DNA of 33,870 nt from an uncultured Rikenellaceae bacterium (GTDB lineage: Bacteria; Bacteroidota; Bacteroidia; Bacteroidales; VadinHA17), in NCBI GenBank assembly GCA_964457185.1, contig CAYWEQ010000011.1:1-33870 (forward strand). The letters run 5' to 3'. Below the pieces are notes generated by a model. The model had not been told where the DNA came from, ran no database searches, and worked only from the letters and a program-made list of their open reading frames with translations. Positions within the stretch are counted from its first letter, which is position 1; every line of letters begins with the position of its first letter. Shown one piece after another: positions 1 to 8,512 of the stretch. A program made the position numbers and the translations under genes.

Positions 1-2
1 GA

Positions 3-899
3 GTCAACAGGGGACTCTTTTCCAACGAATCGGGACAGGGTTCAGCGCCTATTGCCCACTCGGCGGCAAGAGCACCGGAACCGGTGTCTGAAGGAATGGT
101 AGCAATACTCGAACCGTTTATTGATACTATTATTATATGTTTTCTTACGGGACTGGTCGTTCTTTCATCAGGAGTATGGCATGAAAAAATTGAAAACCAG
201 TTCCAGAATGCAGATATGACATTCCTTAACCAGATATATAATGAAAATGTTCCTGACCAGAAGAAGATGGTGTCGGATCTTATTATGCATAAGAAGGCGC
301 TGCCTCTTTTTAACGGACAGCTTGAAATCGTTGACGGAATGATGATCACACCTGTTTCACTTATAGTGTCAAGGTCAGTGGCTGAAGATTTCATATTCTA
401 TGACGGCAAGACGCCTTTTACAGGGAAAATAGATGTTGTTGAAGGCAAATGGAAGCCGGCATCACCTTCAGTCTCTGTGACCGGGAAATCGCTGATCCAC
501 AGCGCACCGCTGACATCAGAAGCCTTCAAGCATAGCATCCTTGGAAACTGGGGTCAGTATATAGTGAGCATTGGGTTGCTGCTTTTTGCTTTCTCAACAG
601 CTATTTCATGGTCTTACTATGGCGACAGGGCTCTGACCTACCTTGTAGGACCAAAATATGTCATGTGGTACAGGATCGTATTCGTCATAGCATTCTTCAT
701 TGCTTCTTTCACAGATACTACAATAATCTGGTCTCTTTCATACATAACCATAGCATTTATGGCTGTACCGAACCTGCTGGGTTTGTGGCTGCTCAGAAAA
801 GAGATAAAGACATCAATAGCAGATTACTGGGTTGATTTCTCAAGGAAATATCCCGAAGACAGGATGTCTAAAAAATACCTTAAAAAAGGCAGGTTATAA
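3..899 (+). CDS. Alanine/glycine:cation symporter (AGCS family), C-terminal part; the 5' end lies outside the window
   Basis: The frame stays open from base 3 and reads [46 protein letters not shown], which matches the AGCS signature [38 protein letters not shown] lies downstream. The listed ORF at 84 is only an internal Met. Confidence 0.85.
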   Translation, partial: VNRGLFSNESGQGSAPIAHSAARAPEPVSEGMVAILEPFIDTIIICFLTGLVVLSSGVWHEKIENQFQNADMTFLNQIYNENVPDQKKMVSDLIMHKKALPLFNGQLEIVDGMMITPVSLIVSRSVAEDFIFYDGKTPFTGKIDVVEGKWKPASPSVSVTGKSLIHSAPLTSEAFKHSILGNWGQYIVSIGLLLFAFSTAISWSYYGDRALTYLVGPKYVMWYRIVFVIAFFIASFTDTTIIWSLSYITIAFMAVPNLLGLWLLRKEIKTSIADYWVDFSRKYPEDRMSKKYLKKGRL

Positions 900-919
900 G
901 AATGAAAGGGTTGGCAATT

Positions 920-3604
920 CTATTTTTCTATTGAATCATATATTGCCTGTAATATATCTCCTCTTATATTAAGTTCCGATAACAGGTTGTTGTTTCGTGT
1001 CGGATTCACCCTGTTGCTCAGGAAGACATAGCTTATCTCATATTCCGGATCCACCCACACGAACGTCCCGGTATATCCTGAATGCCCGAAACTGACAGGT
1101 GAGGCGCTTCCGGCCGGGTAAGCATCCTTTTGAGTCAGTTCAGCATTATTGAGAAGCGGCTTGTCAAATCCCAGTCCGCGCCTGTTATCATTTTCAGGAT
1201 GCTGAACCCTGGTATATCGTTCCAGCACATCCCTGCTGATAATCTGTTCCCCTCCGTAGGATCCCATGCGCCGATAGAGCTCCATAAGCTTCATCAGGTC
1301 ATTGCCGGTTGCGAATAAGCCTGCATGCCCTGAGATGCCGCCAAGCATTGCTGCTCCCTCATCGTGCACAGTGCCGTGAAGCTGCTGCTTCCGGAACATG
1401 GAATCATATTCTGTCGGTACTATCCGGCTGAGAGGATACTTCACCCATGGATTGAAACAGATATCATAAGCTCCAAGCTTGTGCCAGACATTTGCGGCAA
1501 CATAATCATACCATTTCTCGCCGGCAAGCTTTTCAATTATTTCCGGGGAGATGATAAATGCAAGATCGGAATAGAGATATTTCTTCTCGCCAAGAGGAGA
1601 TTTTTTTATTTCATTAAAGATCTTCTTCCTGTAGTTTTCGTTGATAAAAAGCCACTGAGCAACTTCCAGCGGAAATTTATCCGACGATGCGTATTTGAAG
1701 ATATTCCTTTTGAACTCCCCGTTTTTTTTTACAGTCTCTCTCCAGAACGGGATCCATGAAATAAGCCCTGCCTGATGGGTCAGGATATCTGACATCAGCA
1801 GGTTCTCCTTATTGGAATTTTTGTAAAAGGGCAGGTAGTGTCCAAGAGTTTCGTCAGGAGAGAACCTGCCTTCACTGTCAAGAAGCATCAGTCCAGCAAG
1901 GGTGGAAGAGACTTTCGTTACCGATGCAAGGTCATAAAGATCATCCTCCTGAACGCTTATCCTGTTATCATAGGAATGATATCCATAAGTCTTGCTGAAT
2001 ACTACCATTCCTTTCCTTGCGACTGTAATCTCGCAGCCGGGGAAAGCTTTGGCTGTCAGTCCGATATTAACTATTGAATCAATGCTTCTTTCAAGCAGCG
2101 CTGACGACATCCCTGCATTTTCCGGCAGCCCGTATCCCATCCTTATATTTCCCGGTGTTATAATTCCGAAATCGTATGGCCATATCTCGTTGATTGTTAC
2201 GGGAAGGGACCCTCGTGCCCCTATCCCTCCGAAGATAAGCTGGGCTGACAGTTCCTCGGTAAATTCATTCTCCTGGTACGAAAGAACAAGCCCGTCAGCT
2301 TCTTTCAGCGATCTGATCCTGCCGATGGCATAGGGATTTCCAAACCAGGTAATTATTGTCCGGTTATTATCAATCAGCTTATCCAGGAATGTTGTCATTT
2401 CAGTCCTGATACCGAATCCGGACTGAGGACGCTGGTCAGTTCCATATATTCCTGCAATCACAATATCATATGCGGATAGCCTGCTGAGCAGATCATCTGC
2501 AGCTTTTATATCTGACAGATCGATATAGTAATTATCTGAAGGCTTATATTTTGATATTAACTTCTGAAACAGTGTTGTCCTGTTCTTGTTTACAGCAACG
2601 GTAGCTATTCTTATTTTATCGAGATTTTTAACTGGAACAATATTATCGTCGTTTTTCAGCAGAGTGAGGGCGTTCGCATATAATTCCCGGATCAATGCTT
2701 TCGTCTCAACCGATGACAGATTCTCTCCGAGGTTTTCTTCATTTATGTATTCGGATTGGTTGAGTCCTGCCCAATACTTTACAGCCAGAACCCTGCGGCA
2801 TTTTTCATTTATTGTCTCCTGAGATATACTCCCAGTCTTAATACCAGCACTTATTTCTTTCAGTGTGTGTTCCGGATCTTCTACATATTCAAGTACATCC
2901 ATGCCGGCTTTCAATGATAATAAACCAGTTCCTTCCCTTGACGGATAATTTGTGATGCCTGCCATATTCATGGCATTGGAAATAATTCCGTTATCCTGCA
3001 AGCCTTTCATAAACATCAGGGTTTTCCTGCTTACATTTTCAGGATCTTCACCAAAAGACCTGTAGTTTATTACAGGATTCTGAGGATTAATGTTAACATC
3101 AGCAACGGGAGCAAGGTTGATATGAATGCCAGCTCTTTTAAACTGTTCAGCAACTGCTTTACCCATCTGATAAATCAGTGAATCATCCCTTATTGCTCCA
3201 AGAGTCATCTGGTAAGGGAACCTGACTACCTTGTCCAGCCTCATTCCAAGACCCCATTCTCCGTCCTCGGCGAATATCAGCGGCACTCTTGAGATGCTCT
3301 GGAAATAGTTAAGCATTTCGGTCTGCTTCCCGGCAGTTCCCTCGAAAAAGACAACACCGCCGATACCTGATTTCCTGATTAAATTGGCCAGGTAGACCTC
3401 ATGGCCCATTTCACGGTTTGAATAGGCATCAATCCATATAAGCTGAGCAATTTTTTCTTCCTGAGAAAGAGTGTTGTACACAGAATCAACCCAGGGATGA
3501 TTTATATATTTTAAAAACGGAGGATCAGCTTTTTGAGCACTCAGCATAAAAGCTAGCTGGAAGAATAGAATTACGAATATGTACCTGATTGATTTAATAT
3601 GCAT
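920..3604 (-). CDS. Exported fusion protein: N-terminal GH3 (NagZ-like) module, apparently degenerate, plus a C-terminal class-C beta-lactamase-fold serine hydrolase (AmiE/YbbE-like MurNAc-L-Ala amidase candidate)
   Basis: GH3 motifs are AEDGEWGLGMRL and INLAPVADVNINPQNPVINYRSFGED. Beta-lactamase-fold motifs are SVTKV (SxxK), YSD and GHSGYTGTF. I place the start at Met16 (MHIKSIRYIFVILFFQLAFMLSAQ, a signal peptide), which removes the overlap with murQ. Confidence 0.85.
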   Translation of the reverse strand: MHIKSIRYIFVILFFQLAFMLSAQKADPPFLKYINHPWVDSVYNTLSQEEKIAQLIWIDAYSNREMGHEVYLANLIRKSGIGGVVFFEGTAGKQTEMLNYFQSISRVPLIFAEDGEWGLGMRLDKVVRFPYQMTLGAIRDDSLIYQMGKAVAEQFKRAGIHINLAPVADVNINPQNPVINYRSFGEDPENVSRKTLMFMKGLQDNGIISNAMNMAGITNYPSREGTGLLSLKAGMDVLEYVEDPEHTLKEISAGIKTGSISQETINEKCRRVLAVKYWAGLNQSEYINEENLGENLSSVETKALIRELYANALTLLKNDDNIVPVKNLDKIRIATVAVNKNRTTLFQKLISKYKPSDNYYIDLSDIKAADDLLSRLSAYDIVIAGIYGTDQRPQSGFGIRTEMTTFLDKLIDNNRTIITWFGNPYAIGRIRSLKEADGLVLSYQENEFTEELSAQLIFGGIGARGSLPVTINEIWPYDFGIITPGNIRMGYGLPENAGMSSALLERSIDSIVNIGLTAKAFPGCEITVARKGMVVFSKTYGYHSYDNRISVQEDDLYDLASVTKVSSTLAGLMLLDSEGRFSPDETLGHYLPFYKNSNKENLLMSDILTHQAGLISWIPFWRETVKKNGEFKRNIFKYASSDKFPLEVAQWLFINENYRKKIFNEIKKSPLGEKKYLYSDLAFIISPEIIEKLAGEKWYDYVAANVWHKLGAYDICFNPWVKYPLSRIVPTEYDSMFRKQQLHGTVHDEGAAMLGGISGHAGLFATGNDLMKLMELYRRMGSYGGEQIISRDVLERYTRVQHPENDNRRGLGFDKPLLNNAELTQKDAYPAGSASPVSFGHSGYTGTFVWVDPEYEISYVFLSNRVNPTRNNNLLSELNIRGDILQAIYDSIEK

Positions 3605-3620
3605 TGTATATTTTGTCGGT

Positions 3621-4463
3621 TTAGTGGGAATTCTTCCTGTAGGATTCAAGCGCTTTTTTTACAGACCCGTGTTTAAGAAGCAGGATCCTTGCAGCCTCTC
3701 TCTGGATGTTAAGCTCTTCTACCAGCATGCGTGTACCACGTTCAATTAGTTTCCTGTTCGTAAGCTGCATATTGACCATCTTGTTCCCTTTGACCCTGCC
3801 AAGCTTGATCATCACAGTTGTGGTTATCATATTCAGTATCATTTTCTGCGCCGTTCCTGCCTTAAGGCGGGTACTGCCTGTAACAAACTCCGGTCCCACA
3901 ACAGCCACTATGGGTATTTCAGCAGCCCCTGCAAGCTTGCTGCCGGGATTGCAGGTTATGCAACCGGTCAGTATCCCGTTCTCTCTTGCTTTCGTTATGC
4001 CGCCCAGAACATAAGGAGTCGATCCGGATGCGGCTATACCGATGACAGTGTCATTCTTGCCGATATTAAAGATATTAAGCTCTTTCCATGCTTTTTCAGG
4101 GTCATCCTCGGCAGCTTCCACAGATTTGCGCAGCGCTGTTTCGCCTCCGGCAATGAGCCCTATGACCATCGTACCCTGAACCCCGAAGGTGGGAGGGATC
4201 TCAGAGGCATCGAGAACGCCAAGCCTCCCGCTGGTACCTGCCCCCAGGTAAAAGATACGTCCCCCTTTTTTCATCTTTGAGATGATCTTTTTTACCAGTT
4301 TCTCAATTTGGGGAATGACTTTCCGGACAGCCAGATGTACTTGGGAGTCTTCCTGATTGATATTTTTCAATAATTCTCCTGCCTCCATCTTTTCAAGATT
4401 GTCAAAATTTGAGGACGATTCGGTTATACTAACCTTTACTGTAGGATTTTCCGGTTTTGCCAT
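3621..4463 (-). CDS. murQ: N-acetylmuramic acid 6-phosphate etherase (SIS domain)
   Basis: The SIS/MurQ pattern is present: GGRIFYLGAGTSGRLGVLDASEIPPTFG, AASGSTPYV and GSTRLKAGTAQK. Its ATG overlaps the upstream kinase stop by 1 nt (TAATG on the minus strand). Confidence 0.92.
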   Translation of the reverse strand: MAKPENPTVKVSITESSSNFDNLEKMEAGELLKNINQEDSQVHLAVRKVIPQIEKLVKKIISKMKKGGRIFYLGAGTSGRLGVLDASEIPPTFGVQGTMVIGLIAGGETALRKSVEAAEDDPEKAWKELNIFNIGKNDTVIGIAASGSTPYVLGGITKARENGILTGCITCNPGSKLAGAAEIPIVAVVGPEFVTGSTRLKAGTAQKMILNMITTTVMIKLGRVKGNKMVNMQLTNRKLIERGTRMLVEELNIQREAARILLLKHGSVKKALESYRKNSH

Positions 4464-5317
4464 TATTCATCTGTATCAAGATTGGTGATATGATATTTTA
4501 TCAGGTCAGCCATTGGAGATAAAGTGATCTTACCCGGTCTCAGACCATGCTTTTTCAGGGATTCTTCAAGAAACGTCCTGAAATGAACAGAAATGCTTCC
4601 TGTGAAATGGACCGGCAATACCTTTGATTCAGGGTACTGGAGTATGTTTCTTATTATGAATTCATCGAAGCTTGTGGTAACAATATCCTGTAATTCCTTA
4701 ATCCCCATGTTGGCCGATATGAACCTGGCAAACTGCCCGAGAAACCTGTTGGGAAAAGGCTTCATATATACTTTCTCAAGTATCTCAGCCGGTGTTATTT
4801 TGTAACTATCAAAGAACAGGTCAATGACATCCTTCGGAACCTGTTTTTTCAGTACTGCTGAAACCAGTTTCCTTCCTATAACTGCTCCTCCTCCTTCATC
4901 ACCCAGTATGTAGCCCAGCGGAGAGACATTTGCTGCAATGGATCTCCCGTCATAATAACATGAATTGGAACCTGTCCCCATGATACATGCAATACCCGCA
5001 TCATTCTGGCACAGTGAACGGGCTGCTCCGAGCAGGTCGGTGCCTATTAAAATTTCGCCGGCCGGGAAAACCCTGCTGATAGCCCCCTTTACAACATTGT
5101 TTTTGGCTTCACTGTTGCATCCGGTGCCGTAAAAATATATTTTGTCAAATGAATGTTCTGAAAGTTCAGGAAGCTCTTTTTTCAGGAGAAGATATATCTC
5201 ATCAGCAGGAAGAAAATACGGATTTATACCTGCAGAGAACAATGATTCTCCTGGTTTTCCTTCCTTTATTATTTTCCATTCGGTTTTTGTCGAACCGCTG
5301 TCAGCAACGAGAATCAT
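4463..5317 (-). CDS. murK: BadF/BadG/BcrA/BcrD-type sugar kinase; MurNAc/GlcNAc kinase candidate
   Basis: N-terminal MILVADSGSTKTEW (ASKHA phosphate-1 motif), plus CIMGTGSNS and LGDEGGG. It is translationally coupled to murQ, as in the Tannerella forsythia murTKQ arrangement. Confidence 0.75.
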   Translation of the reverse strand: MILVADSGSTKTEWKIIKEGKPGESLFSAGINPYFLPADEIYLLLKKELPELSEHSFDKIYFYGTGCNSEAKNNVVKGAISRVFPAGEILIGTDLLGAARSLCQNDAGIACIMGTGSNSCYYDGRSIAANVSPLGYILGDEGGGAVIGRKLVSAVLKKQVPKDVIDLFFDSYKITPAEILEKVYMKPFPNRFLGQFARFISANMGIKELQDIVTTSFDEFIIRNILQYPESKVLPVHFTGSISVHFRTFLEESLKKHGLRPGKITLSPMADLIKYHITNLDTDE

Positions 5318-5395
5318 GAATAATGATTGTTTAATATGTTGTTGTACTTGAATGTGTTAAATACAGGATAGCTTTATTTTTTTTGTGTTTGCATA

Positions 5396-5403
5396 CAAAA
5401 GTA
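5396..5403 (-). promoter_or_regulatory. Candidate -7 box (TACTTTTG on the minus strand) for the murK-murQ-GH3 fusion operon
   Basis: CAAAAGTA on the plus strand is TAnnTTTG on the minus strand. It lies about 80 nt upstream of the murK ATG at 5317. Confidence 0.3.
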
Positions 5404-5428
5404 AGTTAAAATTTGTAAGAAGAATAGT

Positions 5429-5452
5429 AAATTTATAAACTTTATAAATTTG
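5429..5452 (+). promoter_or_regulatory. Candidate Bacteroidota -7 promoter box (TAAATTTG, 5445-5452) embedded in a perfect 23-bp palindrome (5429-5451); candidate promoter/operator of the 5492-21704 operon
   Basis: The palindrome is AAATTTATAAA-C-TTTATAAATTT, with 11-bp arms that are exact reverse complements. TAnnTTTG lies 40 nt upstream of the ATG at 5492. Confidence 0.4.
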
Positions 5453-5491
5453 ATCATTATTGCTTATATTTCAACAATTACAGACTTCCTG

Positions 5492-8400
5492 ATGAACAGC
5501 ATTTTTTTTAAACGCATGGTAATAATCCCATGCTTAATTCTTTCAGGTTTTCAGGCGCTATATCCTCAGGTTAATGATAAGCTTGGCCGATCAGCAAAAG
5601 AGAGACTTAAAAGCTGGAAAAATCCTCTGACTGAATGGCAGCACATCGCCAAACCTGAGATTGATTCAGTCCTGGTTATGGAAGATCCGCAGAAAATTAT
5701 TCTTTATTTTAAGCCGGATCTCTCTTATTACCCGTTCAGGGAAGATAGCTATAGTCTGTTCCTGCAATCCTTCATAAAACCTCTCGGGAGGAAATTCCGC
5801 AGTTACAGCATAGATGTTATCACAAATAATTATTCACCCGGTCAGCTGATACCTAACTATTACCGTAAAGATATGCCGGTTGATTCATCACGTTTCCCGG
5901 TTGCCGGGAGAGTTAGGCCGGTCGTCGTCAGGAAGAAGAACGCGGAAACCTTTCAGAAGGGATTATCAGGTAATTCAGTGGCGTTATGGAACAGCCACGG
6001 TTACTATTTTGAGATGAACCTTGACCGGTGGGAATACCAGCGTGCAAAATTGTTCGGGACCGTGGAGGATATTTCGAACACCGGATTTGTGATCCCTTAC
6101 CTTACAAAGATGCTGGAGAATGCCGGTGCTGCCGTTTACCTGCCACGTGAGCGTGACACCCAGCTGAATGAGGTTATTGTCGATAATGACAGGTCAACAG
6201 GCAACTCTGAACTTGTACTACACCTTAATAATAATGTCAGGGAAGTATATAAGGGATTTATTCTCACAGATACACTGTTCCCGGATTACAATCCTTTCAG
6301 GCATGGCACATCGCTTCGAATTTCAGGTGATTCGGCAGATTTTATTCCCGATATTCCTGAAAAAGGCGACTATGCCGTGTATATCTCTTACCCGCTGCTG
6401 GAGGACAACAGCAGATCAGTCAGATATATTGTCAATCATACCGGAGGCAGAACAGAATATATTGTAAATCAAACAATTGGCGGTGGTACATGGATCTATA
6501 TCGGAACTTTCAGATTTGACAGAGGAAAGAATCCGCATACCGGATCTGTAACGGTGAAAGGTTCGGAAACCGATAGTGATCTTATTGCCCTTGATGCGGT
6601 AAAGTTTGGCGGAGGGATGGGGAACGTTGCCAGGCGTCCCTCACAGGAGATATTGATGAACCAGCAGTCAGTGAAGGAAAACAGCGCAGATGCTGTCAGG
6701 CAGGAATTACTTAACAGCGATGATTTCAGCTGGAAGCTGAGCGGAAAACCGAGATTTCTGGAAGCAGCAAGGTACTGGCTTCAGTATGCCGGCATGCCCG
6801 ATACACTGGTTTACAGCCCGAATACTTATAAGAACGATTATAACGATGACTATCAATCAAGGGGTTTATGGGTGAACTATCTTACTGAACTGCAGCCAAA
6901 GGGTCTTGGATTGCCAGTCGATCTGTCGCTCGCCTTCCACACCGATGCAGGCATCACGGATGGTGATTCCATCATAGGAACACTCGCAATATGTTATACC
7001 TCAGCCGATAACGGTAAGTTCCCGGACGGGACATCCAGGATGGCAGGCAGGGATCTTTGCGATGTTGTTCAGACACAGATAGTAGAAGATATAAGGAGGA
7101 TCTATGATCCTGACTGGACAAGAAGAGGATTATGGGACAGGCCTTATTCAGAAGCAAGAAGACCCGGTGTACCTGCTATGCTTCTAGAACTGCTCTCGCA
7201 TCAGAACCTGGCAGATATGAAGTATGGAATTGATCCTCGATTCAGATTCGAAGTATGCCGCTCCATATATAAAGGTATTCTGAAATACATCTCATATACA
7301 GAGAACAGGGATTATGCGGTTCAGCCTCTTCCGGTTTCAGATATGGCAATAACTCCCATGGGAGGCAAGACAATCAGGCTCTCATGGGAACCCGTGATTG
7401 ATGTGAGCGAACCTTCATCAAGACCTGACAGATATAAAATCTATACACGTCTCGGTGATAACGGTTTTGATAATGGATTTATAGTGAATGGCACATCTGC
7501 TGAAATAGAGCTGGCTTCTTATGATTCGATCTGCAGCTTAAAGGTAACTGCAATAAATGAAGGAGGCGAAAGTTTTGATTCAGAAATACTTTCAGCAGGG
7601 ATCAGTTCAGAAGCTTCAGGAAGTGTACTTGTTGTCAACGGATTTAACCGTATTTCCGGACCGGCATGGTTCGACACAGGGACGATGGCAGGGATTGCCT
7701 GGTGGGATGACCGCGGGGTGGCTGATCATTATGATATAATAACACTGGGAGACCAGTATGATTTCGACAGGGACAATCCATGGGTTGATGATGACTCGCC
7801 GGGGTGGGGTGCATCATATTCAGATAAGGCCGGAAAGGCAATTCCCGGAAACAGCTTCGACTTCCCTTATATTCATGGAAAAGCAATCATGGCGGCAGGA
7901 TACTCCTTTTATTCAGTTTCCGATGAATATTTTAATTCACCGGGTTCAAATGTCTCATCATTCAAAATAGTTGATCTTATTTTCGGAGAGGAAAAGACCA
8001 CTCAGTTTTTTAATGATACATCCGGATACGATTTCCGGATATATACACCGGAATTCATCCGGAAGATCACCGAATTGACAGGTGCCGGTACAAATATCTT
8101 CATTTCAGGTTCCTATGTCGGATCTGACCTGTTCATGACAGGCGATTCTACTGCAGTAAAATTCGCCGGCGATATACTTCATTTTACTCATCGCACAGGG
8201 CATGCGGTAAGAACCGGGGATGTTTATTCAACTGATTATGCAAAGAGCAATTTTTCAGGTTCTTTCAGCTTTAATGCAGGTCATTCTGTTTCAATATATT
8301 CTGCCGAGGCTCCTGATGCAATTGAACCTTCTGGCAAAGGAGCCGTATGCTCTTTCCGTTATGCCGAAAATAACGCCGCGGCTGGCGTGGCATACAATGG

Positions 8401-8503
8401 AAATTATAAGACGTTAATACTGGGATTCCCTTTTGAGACGATCTTGTCTGAAAAACAGAGAGAACAACTGATGAAACAGATTTTAAGATATTTTGAAAAA
8501 TAA
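5492..8503 (+). CDS. Large exported protein with an Amidase_3-like (MurNAc-L-Ala amidase fold) domain interrupted by a beta-rich insert, followed by an Fn3-like domain and a C-terminal domain of unknown function
   Basis: The signal peptide is MNSIFFKRMVIIPCLILSGFQALYPQ from the ATG at 5492; the track's 5450 start is a TTG extension. Amidase_3-like blocks are WNSHGYYFE...LENAGAAVYLPRERD, DLSLAFHTDAG and PAMLLELLSHQNLAD. The Fn3-like segment is TIRLSWEPV...YKIYTR...LKVTAINEGGES. Confidence 0.65.
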   Translation: MNSIFFKRMVIIPCLILSGFQALYPQVNDKLGRSAKERLKSWKNPLTEWQHIAKPEIDSVLVMEDPQKIILYFKPDLSYYPFREDSYSLFLQSFIKPLGRKFRSYSIDVITNNYSPGQLIPNYYRKDMPVDSSRFPVAGRVRPVVVRKKNAETFQKGLSGNSVALWNSHGYYFEMNLDRWEYQRAKLFGTVEDISNTGFVIPYLTKMLENAGAAVYLPRERDTQLNEVIVDNDRSTGNSELVLHLNNNVREVYKGFILTDTLFPDYNPFRHGTSLRISGDSADFIPDIPEKGDYAVYISYPLLEDNSRSVRYIVNHTGGRTEYIVNQTIGGGTWIYIGTFRFDRGKNPHTGSVTVKGSETDSDLIALDAVKFGGGMGNVARRPSQEILMNQQSVKENSADAVRQELLNSDDFSWKLSGKPRFLEAARYWLQYAGMPDTLVYSPNTYKNDYNDDYQSRGLWVNYLTELQPKGLGLPVDLSLAFHTDAGITDGDSIIGTLAICYTSADNGKFPDGTSRMAGRDLCDVVQTQIVEDIRRIYDPDWTRRGLWDRPYSEARRPGVPAMLLELLSHQNLADMKYGIDPRFRFEVCRSIYKGILKYISYTENRDYAVQPLPVSDMAITPMGGKTIRLSWEPVIDVSEPSSRPDRYKIYTRLGDNGFDNGFIVNGTSAEIELASYDSICSLKVTAINEGGESFDSEILSAGISSEASGSVLVVNGFNRISGPAWFDTGTMAGIAWWDDRGVADHYDIITLGDQYDFDRDNPWVDDDSPGWGASYSDKAGKAIPGNSFDFPYIHGKAIMAAGYSFYSVSDEYFNSPGSNVSSFKIVDLIFGEEKTTQFFNDTSGYDFRIYTPEFIRKITELTGAGTNIFISGSYVGSDLFMTGDSTAVKFAGDILHFTHRTGHAVRTGDVYSTDYAKSNFSGSFSFNAGHSVSIYSAEAPDAIEPSGKGAVCSFRYAENNAAAGVAYNGNYKTLILGFPFETILSEKQREQLMKQILRYFEK

Positions 8504-8512
8504 GCTATAATC

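Noticed and set aside
608-835. Small overlapping ORFs inside larger genes (e.g. 608-835, 1130-1318, 6168-6467, 12146-12394, 25829-26171)
   Set aside because: They lie out of frame within strongly supported CDSs, and their low-complexity or Cys/Arg-rich translations are typical of non-coding frames.
3605-3649. The 15-codon extension at the 5' end of the GH3-beta-lactamase ORF, overlapping the murQ 3' end
   Set aside because: Met16 (3604) starts a clear signal peptide and removes the overlap. The extension is hydrophilic and looks unlike coding sequence.
5450-5491. The TTG-initiated extension of the 1017-aa ORF
   Set aside because: ATG at 5492 yields a normal signal peptide. The extension would also begin within the candidate -7 promoter box (5445-5452).
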